Assembly: GCF_018398935.1 (NCBI RefSeq)
Contig: NZ_CP074694.1
Span: forward strand, 1,590,001-1,622,000
Length of the DNA: 32,000 nucleotides
From: Telmatocola sphagniphila
Lineage (GTDB): Bacteria; Planctomycetota; Planctomycetia; Gemmatales; Gemmataceae
Direction: 5' to 3'
Shown: positions 24,784 through 32,000 of the stretch, piece after piece
Numbering within the stretch: the first letter of the stretch is position 1
Layout of the letters: every line of letters begins with the position of its first letter
The notes under the pieces: model-generated
What the model saw: the letters and a program-made list of their open reading frames with translations, nothing else
Databases searched by the model: none
What the model was told of the DNA's origin: nothing
Translations under genes and position numbers: made by a program

Positions 24784-27288
24784 ATGCTTCGATGGTCCTC
24801 TCCCCTGTTGATGGCTTTCAGCTTTCTCATTGGAAATTCCACGGCTCGTGCGGAAACGCCGGTCGATTACAATCGCGATATCCGTCCGATACTGGCGAGT
24901 GCCTGTTATGCCTGCCACGGCCCAGATGAAAATCAGCGTAAAGCTAAGCTGCGCCTGGACGTTCGAGAGGCCGCTCTCAAGAAGGCCATTCATCCCGGGA
25001 AAGCCGATGAGAGCCTTCTGATTCAGCGTATTACGACGAAAGATGCGGATGAGGTCATGCCGCCGCCGCAATCAAAAAAGCCCGCGGTTACTGCCGAGCA
25101 ATTGAAGTTGTTGCGACGCTGGATTGAAGAGGGAGCAAAATTCGAAGAGCACTGGGCCTATGTTAAACCTGTCCCACCTGCAATTCCGACTATCCCCGAG
25201 GCGGCTTGGGTGAGGAATCCGGTGGATGCCTTTGTAGCTTCGGAATTAGTCAAGCAGAAGATGCGGCATTCCCCGACAGCGGATAAGAGTACCCTGCTCC
25301 GCCGGCTCAGTCTGGATTTGACAGGGCTACCTCCGACCCCCGCAGAGGTGGATAGCTTTCTTTCTGACAACAGTGCCAGTGCCTACGAGAAGGTCGTTGA
25401 TCGTCTGCTGGCCTCACCTCATTTCGGTGAGCGGATGGCCGTGATGTGGCTCGACGTGGTCCGATATGCGGATACGTGCGGCTACCACAGCGATAATCAT
25501 CGAGATATCTGGATGTTCCGCGATTATGTGATCAACTCTTTCAATGCAAACAAACCCTTCGATAGGTTCACGATCGAAGAAATCGCGGGCGACCTGTTGC
25601 CCAATCCGAACAATGAAACCAAAGTGGCTTCCGGCTATAACCGCATGCTGATGACAACCGAAGAAGGGGGTGCCCAGGCGAAGGAATATACGGCCAAGTA
25701 CGCCGCCGACCGAGTGCGAAACACCTCCAATGCCTGGTTAGGTGCGACATTGGGCTGTGCCGAGTGTCACAACCACAAGTATGACCCCTACACGTCAAAA
25801 GATTTCTACCGATTCGCGGCTTTCTTCTCCGATATCCGAGAACATGCGGTAGGCCGGCAGGAGCAGACCCGGCTCGGGACTTCGGAACAGGAAGCTCAGT
25901 TAAAGAAATGGGAAAACGAAATTGCGCAATTGGAAGCCAGCTGGAAAAAGCCCTCTGTGGAACGGGACGCGGAACAGCTGAAGTGGGAGGCGGAACTGGC
26001 CGGGAAGAAAGAGGGAACCAAAGGTTTTCCTGGTCCTGTGATCGAAGCTTTGAAAATCACGGCCGATAAGCGGAATCCGGGGCAGAAAGAGGCCATCAGC
26101 GTCTATTTTCGATCTCAGATTGCCAAATCGACGAGCAAAGAGCGAGAACAGCTAGCCCGATTGAAAACGCAACGGGATCAACTCGTCAACAGCATTCCAA
26201 CGACTCTGGTTTCGATATCCACTTCGCCGCGAATGACGCGAATTCTCCCTCGAGGCAACTGGCAGGACGATTCGGGGGATCCGGTCCAGCCCGATGTGCC
26301 CGCTTTTTTGGGGAGCGTTGCTCCGAAAGATGCCAAAGCCCGGGCGACAAGACTCGATCTGGCGAAATGGCTTGCATCGCCTGAAAATCCGTTGACCGCG
26401 CGAGTGTACGTAAATCGTCTGTGGAAAATTGCCTTCGGGCAGGGTTTGGTTCGCAATCTGGATGATCTCGGGATGCAGGGTACTCCTCCTTCCCACCCGG
26501 CCCTGTTGGACTGGTTGACGATCGAGTTCATCAAAAGAGGTTGGAGCACGAAGGATATTCTGAAGCTTATGGTGATGTCCAATACCTACCGACAATCCTC
26601 GGTCGCCACGGCGGAAATGATGGAGAAGGATCCCAGCAACATCTGGCTGGCCCGTCAGAGTCGCTTTCGAGTCGATGCGGAATTCGTTCGCGATAACGCC
26701 CTCGCCGTCAGTGGACTACTGAATCAGAAAATTGGCGGGCCGAGCGCGAAGCCGTATCAACCGGCGGGGTTCTGGTCCTATTTGAATTTTCCCGTTCGAG
26801 AGTGGCAGAACGATCAGGGCGAAAACCAGTATCGTCGAGGCGTTTATACGTACTGGTGCCGAAGCTTCCTCCATCCCAGTTTGTTCGCTTTCGATGCCCC
26901 GACTCGCGAGGAATGCACGAATGAGCGGAGCCGATCGAGCACACCATTGCAAGCATTGGTGCTCTTGAACGATCCGACTTATGTGGAAGCATCGCGGGTA
27001 TTGGCTCAGCAAGTCATTCAGAAAACCGGAACCTCTGAACCGCAGAAGATTTCCTGGCTCTTCAAACAGGTCCTGTCCCGGAAGCCGTCCGAAGATGAGG
27101 AAGTGGTGCTGAGTAAACTGCACGCCAAGCACTTGAGGGAATATCAGAGCGACAAGGAGGCGGCGGTCAAGATCCTGAGCGTCGGCCTTTACCCCAAACC
27201 GAAGGAATTCGATACGGCTCAACTGGCGGCCTGGACTTCGGTCTGCCGCGTTCTCCTTAATCTGCACGAAACTCTGACCCGGAACTAG
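24784..27288 (+). CDS. PSCyt1 (planctomycete cytochrome c) / DUF1549 / DUF1553 protein
   Basis: 834 aa with a signal peptide. VDYNRDIRPILASACYACHGPDENQRKAKLRLD carries CYACH at 24904-24918. DUF1549-like blocks follow (NPVDAFV...LLRRLSLDLTGLPPTPAEVDSF, MAVMWLDVVRYADTCGYHSDN, CAECHNHKYDP), then a coiled-coil linker and DUF1553-like blocks (RLDLAKWLASPENPLTARVYVNRLW, TPLQALVLLNDP). Confidence 0.93.
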   Translation: MLRWSSPLLMAFSFLIGNSTARAETPVDYNRDIRPILASACYACHGPDENQRKAKLRLDVREAALKKAIHPGKADESLLIQRITTKDADEVMPPPQSKKPAVTAEQLKLLRRWIEEGAKFEEHWAYVKPVPPAIPTIPEAAWVRNPVDAFVASELVKQKMRHSPTADKSTLLRRLSLDLTGLPPTPAEVDSFLSDNSASAYEKVVDRLLASPHFGERMAVMWLDVVRYADTCGYHSDNHRDIWMFRDYVINSFNANKPFDRFTIEEIAGDLLPNPNNETKVASGYNRMLMTTEEGGAQAKEYTAKYAADRVRNTSNAWLGATLGCAECHNHKYDPYTSKDFYRFAAFFSDIREHAVGRQEQTRLGTSEQEAQLKKWENEIAQLEASWKKPSVERDAEQLKWEAELAGKKEGTKGFPGPVIEALKITADKRNPGQKEAISVYFRSQIAKSTSKEREQLARLKTQRDQLVNSIPTTLVSISTSPRMTRILPRGNWQDDSGDPVQPDVPAFLGSVAPKDAKARATRLDLAKWLASPENPLTARVYVNRLWKIAFGQGLVRNLDDLGMQGTPPSHPALLDWLTIEFIKRGWSTKDILKLMVMSNTYRQSSVATAEMMEKDPSNIWLARQSRFRVDAEFVRDNALAVSGLLNQKIGGPSAKPYQPAGFWSYLNFPVREWQNDQGENQYRRGVYTYWCRSFLHPSLFAFDAPTREECTNERSRSSTPLQALVLLNDPTYVEASRVLAQQVIQKTGTSEPQKISWLFKQVLSRKPSEDEEVVLSKLHAKHLREYQSDKEAAVKILSVGLYPKPKEFDTAQLAAWTSVCRVLLNLHETLTRN

Positions 27289-27315
27289 TCGAGCGACCAA
27301 CCGGAGAAAATAGAC

Positions 27316-28752
27316 ATGAAAACTATCGAACAGCTTCGCCAGTTGGCCTCGCGACGAACCTTTTTGGGGCAATCGGCCTTTGGTTTAGGCGCCCTGGCGG
27401 CCACTTCTCTATTCGATCCGCGAGTACTTGCTGGCTCTTCCGATGCCAAGTCGACCCAGTGGCCGGGGATTCTGAAAACGACTCATCATCCGGCCAAAGT
27501 GAAGCGGGTGATCTACCTCTACATGGCCGGTGGGGCTTCTCATCTCGAAACATTCGACCATAAGCCCAAGCTGGCCGAGATGCATGGCAAGCCGATGCCC
27601 GAATCGATCACCAAAGGACAGCCGATCGCTCAACTTCAGGGGGCGAAGCTCAATTGCTTCGGTCCTCAGCATGCCTTCAAAAAATGTGGCAAATCAGGCC
27701 AGGAAATCTCAACAATCTTCCCGAAACTCGCCGATGTGGCGGATGATCTGTGTATCATTCGATCTTTGAAAACCGAAGCGATCAATCACGATCCTGCCCA
27801 TACTTTCATGAATACCGGAACTCTGATCTCCGGCCGTCCTAGCATGGGCTCCTGGCTTTGGTACGGCCTGGGCTCGGAATCGGATAACCTGCCCGGATTC
27901 GTTGTGCTGACCTCCACCGGGGCGTCCGGCCAGCAACAACCCATCGCCCAAAGGCAATGGCATAGCGGGTTTCTGCCGAGTCAATTGCAAGGGGTGCATT
28001 TTCGCTCCAAGGGAGACCCCGTCCTATACGTTGGCAACCCGCAAGGGGTCACATCAGACCGCCAGCGCGATGTCATCGACAGTGCCGAGCAATTAAATCG
28101 GATGTTCGATAAGAATGTCTCCGATCCGGAGATAGCCACACGAATCAGTCAGTACGAAATGGCTTTCCGCATGCAGAGCAGCGTGCCGAACCTGATGGAT
28201 TTACGCGATGAAACCAAGGAAACCTTCGAGCTTTATGGGGCTAAAGGCGGCGACGGCACCTTCGCTTCGAACTGCCTCTTAGCTCGAAGATTGGCTCAAC
28301 GGGGCGTCCGCTTCATTCAGCTCTATCATCGCGATTGGGACCATCACGGCGGCGTGAAACATGGCATTGAAGTAGTCGGCCGCGAAGTCGACCAACCGAT
28401 GACTGCATTGATCAAGGATTTGAAACGAACGGGCCTCTGGAAGGATACTCTGGTGATTTGGGGCAGTGAATTCGGTCGCACGCCGATGGCTCAGGGCGAT
28501 GGTCGCGACCATCATATGAAAGCCTTCTCCATGTGGATGGCCGGCGGCGGAATCAAGGCCGGAACCACTTATGGCGAGACCGATGAATTCGGTTACAACG
28601 CCGTGAAGGATGTGGTGACTGTCCACGATATGCACGCCACCATGCTGCATCTCCTTGGCATCGATCACGAGAAGTTGACTTTCCGTTTCCAGGGACGGGA
28701 CTTCCGGCTGACCGATATCAGCGGCAATGTGATTAAGGGTATCCTGTCCTGA
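27316..28752 (+). CDS. DUF1501 family protein (alkaline-phosphatase/sulfatase-fold), Tat signal
   Basis: 478 aa, ATG start with a GGAG Shine-Dalgarno, 27 nt after the PSCyt gene. Twin-arginine signal SRRTFLGQSAFGLGALAA. Family blocks are present: YLYMAGGASHLETFDHKP, EFGRTP and GRDHH. Confidence 0.93.
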   Translation: MKTIEQLRQLASRRTFLGQSAFGLGALAATSLFDPRVLAGSSDAKSTQWPGILKTTHHPAKVKRVIYLYMAGGASHLETFDHKPKLAEMHGKPMPESITKGQPIAQLQGAKLNCFGPQHAFKKCGKSGQEISTIFPKLADVADDLCIIRSLKTEAINHDPAHTFMNTGTLISGRPSMGSWLWYGLGSESDNLPGFVVLTSTGASGQQQPIAQRQWHSGFLPSQLQGVHFRSKGDPVLYVGNPQGVTSDRQRDVIDSAEQLNRMFDKNVSDPEIATRISQYEMAFRMQSSVPNLMDLRDETKETFELYGAKGGDGTFASNCLLARRLAQRGVRFIQLYHRDWDHHGGVKHGIEVVGREVDQPMTALIKDLKRTGLWKDTLVIWGSEFGRTPMAQGDGRDHHMKAFSMWMAGGGIKAGTTYGETDEFGYNAVKDVVTVHDMHATMLHLLGIDHEKLTFRFQGRDFRLTDISGNVIKGILS

Positions 28753-28764
28753 GTGTGGCTGCAC

Positions 28765-28795
28765 GGCAGATGAGATGCATCACCTCCCATCTGCC
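28765..28795. terminator. stem-loop between convergent genes
   Basis: GGCAGATG (28765-28772) pairs with CATCTGCC (28788-28795), giving 8 bp and a 15-nt loop that contains the palindrome GATGCATC. It lies in the 60-nt spacer between the DUF1501 stop and the stop of the minus-strand gene. Confidence 0.4.
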
Positions 28796-28812
28796 CCTTC
28801 ATTCGTGAAACC

Positions 28813-31782
28813 TTATGGCTTGTTCGGGCTCATCAGATAACCGAAGAGGTCACGGGTTTCCGCAGTCGAAAGATTGGAGAGCAAGCCGTCGGGCATCAAA
28901 GATTGCCGGGAATCTTTCAGTTCCTCGATGTCTTTCTTCGCCAGGGTCACTGAGCCATTCACATCTTGAATGACGAAGGCATCTGGTGTTTCCTGTTTAA
29001 TGATTCCGGTGACGACTCGACCTGCGTGGGTCACCGCAATTTTCACACGATACTCGTTGGCCACCACCGCACTGGGATCGAGAACGTTCTCCAGCAGGTA
29101 ATCGAGTTTAGTGCGTTGCGAGCCGGTCAGATCGGGTCCAATCTTTTGACCCTCGCCGTGCAATTGATGGCAGACCGCACAAGATTTCATGAAAATAATG
29201 TGACCGTTCTTGAGATCAGCTTTGCCAAGAAAATCTGATGTATAGGTGGATTTGTATCGTTCAATCTCCTGCTTGATATTCGGCTTCGGTGGATTAATTG
29301 AACCGATCACCTTGACGAGTCGAGCCTCTAGTTCCGTGCTCTTCAATGCTTGTAGCCGTCGAATTTCCAGCACGCCGATCAGCTTTTTGGGAATGGTTTT
29401 ATCTTCCAGGCCGTCGAGCAGAGTCTGGGCATATTCCACTCGCGACGAAAGCGTGTTGACGGCAGCTTCCTGCTCTTCGGGTGAGTATTGTTTGAAGTAG
29501 AGCATGATCCAGGTGGGAACGCTGTTATCTTTAAAGTTCGCGAGCGATTGAATCGCCTTGAGACGCAGCGCCGGTTCCTTCAGAAGATCGAGAATCAAAG
29601 GCAACGAATTGGGCTTGGCGGCATCCGCCAGCGTTTCGAGCGCTGACTGACGTTCTCCAACAGGAATTTTGGGATTTTTCAGAGTTTCGCTGAGCGTTTC
29701 GAATGCTCGAGGTTCGTTGAAGATGACCCCCAGTTTCAGGGCGTTCGATCTCACTTCTGGGGAGTCGCTACTCCACATGCGCGCAAAAGCGGCTTTCCAG
29801 GCCTCGGGTGCTTTCACATCGTGTTGCCCAAGCAAACCGGTGAGTAAACCGGCCGAAACCGAGTTGTCGGTTTTTAATGCTTCTGATGTTTTCGCTAGCA
29901 ATAACTGATTCAATTTTGGTGCGTTCAATCCTTCCTTTTGTACCAGATAACGAACGTACCATTCCTGGACTTTCGGAAAGGTGATTTTGCTCAGATCGGG
30001 CACTTCCGAGTAGATTAATTTGGAGGGTGAACTCTCTGCCAGAGTGTACCAGAGCATTTTGGGAATAAAAGGATCGTTGACATCTTCACTATGGCTGGCG
30101 TATTTCTCGAGAATTTCCTTATCCAAATTTCCAGTCATTTTCAGAGCGGAAAGAATTTGCAGGCGAACGAAGGGAGATTTCTCTTCGAGGATGAGGCGTA
30201 AGTATTCCTTGTCTTTGAGAACGGTAGAGTCGTTTTGAATGAGATACCGGAAGGTCCAGGCTCGGACGTCCTCCGACTTATGGGTGACATAAGCCTCTAG
30301 TACGGGAGGGCGTCCCAGCACCCACATATAGCGCAAAAGAGCAATCTCTGGACGAATGAATTCTGGATCACTTGGAAGATTTGCAGTTTCATTTTTCGCG
30401 AGCAGTTCTTGAGCTCGCCGAGTAAGAGCCTTTTCAATCTTTTCCCGTTCGGGGCTGAACAATCGCTCTTGGAGTAATCTCATGGCCTTTCGCGCGAGCC
30501 ATTCGTTTTTATTCTGGAGCAAGCTAATTAAGTTTAGGGAATCTTCCTTCTGCAGATCTCCGACCCAGGGTTTCGGTTTGCCGTAAACCACCTTGTAAAT
30601 TCGCCCATTCGTTTGGTCCACGACTTCGTAGTTGTGGCACTCGCCGGTGTCGCACCAGTCGAGAACATAAACGCCGCCATCTGGGCCGCACTTCAGCGCC
30701 AATCCTCGGAACCATTCGTCGTTGGCGAACAGGAAATCGGGCTGACGTTCGCCTTTATAAGCGGATCCGCTTTTAGTCAGCTTGTCGCAGTTGATGCGAT
30801 TGCCGTGAATATTGCAGGTGTAGAGCTTGCCGCGATATTCTTCCGGCCAGTTAGTCCCGAGGTAAACCATGGCTCCCGAGTGCGCGTGCCCTCCCCCCAT
30901 GTCGGAATGTTCGCCTTTCCCGCCTCGGCTGGTGGTCCAATCGCCGCCCGCCCAGTGAATGTAATCGACAATGCTCGGCATTGGTTCGTAGACGTAGTCC
31001 ATCAAATCCTGGCCATACATGCGATCGTAGTGTCCACCTGGCAACACATGGAACAGATGCTTGATCACGCAGTTGGTAATGAACATCTGACCTTCGGCGT
31101 TCCAATCGAGCCCCCAGGGATTGGTCGTGCCCTGGGCGACAATTTCAAATTTGCCTTGAATGGGATGGTAGCGCCAGACGCCGCAGTTCATCTTGGTTCG
31201 ACCGGCGGGGAAAGAACTGGGGGGACCGACTTCCGAAGTTGCGAGAATGCCATTGCAACCGTATAGCCAGCCATCGGGACCCCAGATGAGATTGCTGACG
31301 ACATTGTGTTTGGCCTCGAGCGACCAACCCGTCAGCTTGACCACGGCTGGCCCGGCGGGTTTATCCTCTCCCGGTTTGATTGGAATGAAAATCAGATTCG
31401 GAGCCGAGAGGAGCCAGACACCGCCATAACCGATTTCGAGACCGGTCAGGTTGCTGCCGTTATCCAGAAATACGGTTCGTTTATCGAATTTCCCTTCCCC
31501 TTTGGTGTCTTCAAAGATGACGACTTTATCTTTACCCGTCCCATCCTTGGACCATCTCGGGTAAGACAAATTTTCGATCACCCATAGCCGACCTCGATCG
31601 TCGAAACACATCGCAATCGGCTGAACGATATCCGGTTCCCCGGCAAAGAGTGTGACGTGAAAGCCTTGAGGAACCTTCATCCGTTGTGCCGCTTCGGCAA
31701 GCGGGGCGGGCTTCGATGGCGCTTGACCATAAAGTGCAGTTGAGAAAAAGAGAACAACCAGGAGAGTGATGTTTTTTTTCAT
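28813..31782 (-). CDS. PVC-type haem-binding CxxCH protein: membrane-bound-dehydrogenase-like beta-propeller, HEAT-like repeats and a C-terminal cytochrome c domain
   Basis: 989 aa with signal peptide MKKNITLLVVLFFSTALYGQA. The N-terminus reads GFHVTLFAGEPDIVQPIAMCFDDRGRLWV, typical of the Pirellula/Verrucomicrobium dehydrogenase domain. A long helical-repeat middle section follows. CAVCH at 29167-29181 is followed by GPDLTG...LMP. Confidence 0.9.
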   Translation of the reverse strand: MKKNITLLVVLFFSTALYGQAPSKPAPLAEAAQRMKVPQGFHVTLFAGEPDIVQPIAMCFDDRGRLWVIENLSYPRWSKDGTGKDKVVIFEDTKGEGKFDKRTVFLDNGSNLTGLEIGYGGVWLLSAPNLIFIPIKPGEDKPAGPAVVKLTGWSLEAKHNVVSNLIWGPDGWLYGCNGILATSEVGPPSSFPAGRTKMNCGVWRYHPIQGKFEIVAQGTTNPWGLDWNAEGQMFITNCVIKHLFHVLPGGHYDRMYGQDLMDYVYEPMPSIVDYIHWAGGDWTTSRGGKGEHSDMGGGHAHSGAMVYLGTNWPEEYRGKLYTCNIHGNRINCDKLTKSGSAYKGERQPDFLFANDEWFRGLALKCGPDGGVYVLDWCDTGECHNYEVVDQTNGRIYKVVYGKPKPWVGDLQKEDSLNLISLLQNKNEWLARKAMRLLQERLFSPEREKIEKALTRRAQELLAKNETANLPSDPEFIRPEIALLRYMWVLGRPPVLEAYVTHKSEDVRAWTFRYLIQNDSTVLKDKEYLRLILEEKSPFVRLQILSALKMTGNLDKEILEKYASHSEDVNDPFIPKMLWYTLAESSPSKLIYSEVPDLSKITFPKVQEWYVRYLVQKEGLNAPKLNQLLLAKTSEALKTDNSVSAGLLTGLLGQHDVKAPEAWKAAFARMWSSDSPEVRSNALKLGVIFNEPRAFETLSETLKNPKIPVGERQSALETLADAAKPNSLPLILDLLKEPALRLKAIQSLANFKDNSVPTWIMLYFKQYSPEEQEAAVNTLSSRVEYAQTLLDGLEDKTIPKKLIGVLEIRRLQALKSTELEARLVKVIGSINPPKPNIKQEIERYKSTYTSDFLGKADLKNGHIIFMKSCAVCHQLHGEGQKIGPDLTGSQRTKLDYLLENVLDPSAVVANEYRVKIAVTHAGRVVTGIIKQETPDAFVIQDVNGSVTLAKKDIEELKDSRQSLMPDGLLSNLSTAETRDLFGYLMSPNKP

Positions 31783-32000
31783 AGGGCCGCATGATAACCG
31801 AAAACGCGTCTGGAGAAAAGAGTCTACGGTCCCGGCCTCGCAAAAAAAAGATGGGGACTATTTCCGGGAGTCGATTGGACGAAAATCGATCCGAGCAGTT
31901 TCAGTTCAGGCCGCCAGGCGAGGGAGTGTCTCCAGAGTTCCGAAAATGGGCTGAGTTTGCCGTTTCTGACTGAAAAACTGCACCATCAGCCCGAAGGTGA

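Noticed and set aside
31772-31779. A8 homopolymer (T8 on the + strand) in codons 2-4 of the PVC haem protein (ATG AAA AAA AAC) as a possible slipped-strand phase-variation switch
   Set aside because: Eight bases is short for efficient slippage. The run simply encodes the Lys-rich n-region of a signal peptide, and there is no evidence of length variation.
1-32000. Search for CRISPR arrays, tRNA/rRNA/tmRNA/RNase P/SRP RNA signatures, reverse transcriptases, toxin-antitoxin pairs and recognisable defence genes
   Set aside because: Inspection by eye found no regularly spaced direct repeats, no conserved RNA-gene motifs (T-loop GGTTCGAATCC-type, the RNase P GAGGAAAGTCC motif, tmRNA ends) and no matching protein motifs. 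A covariance-model or HMM scan would still be needed to exclude them formally.

Overview
The window looks like chromosomal DNA from a Planctomycetota (PVC-group) bacterium, with roughly balanced GC by eye and AT-rich intergenic spacers. The lineage call rests on a run of signature families: a DUF1559 prepilin-type H-X9-DG protein, a PSCyt1/DUF1549/DUF1553 protein paired with DUF1501, a PVC-type CxxCH dehydrogenase-like protein, and a PATR-repeat protein with a PEP-CTERM-like tail. I can support 18 intact protein-coding genes, one gene broken by an in-frame stop, one complete IS1380-family insertion sequence with 26-bp imperfect inverted repeats, and several stem-loops. I found no rRNA, tRNA or CRISPR array. 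From left to right the window holds: (i) a secreted glycan-processing neighbourhood (BNR propeller, Tat-exported purple-acid-type phosphoesterase, sialate O-acetylesterase-like esterase) plus a cytoplasmic sulfotransferase; (ii) a universal-stress-protein / degenerate hydrolase operon divergent from a three-gene PAS/GAF phosphorelay operon with 2 kinase cores, 4 receiver domains and no output domain; (iii) a 973-aa secreted beta-sandwich protein ending in a CGPC thioredoxin fold; (iv) about 1.2 kb of unexplained non-coding DNA next to the IS; (v) a 9-kb block of Planctomycetota-specific modules of unknown function. I do not see a clear-cut novel defence, CRISPR or retroelement system. The best candidates for further study are that signature block, the output-less phosphorelay, the thioredoxin fusion and the orphan non-coding stretch. 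All family assignments come from motifs read by eye and need HMM or BLAST confirmation.
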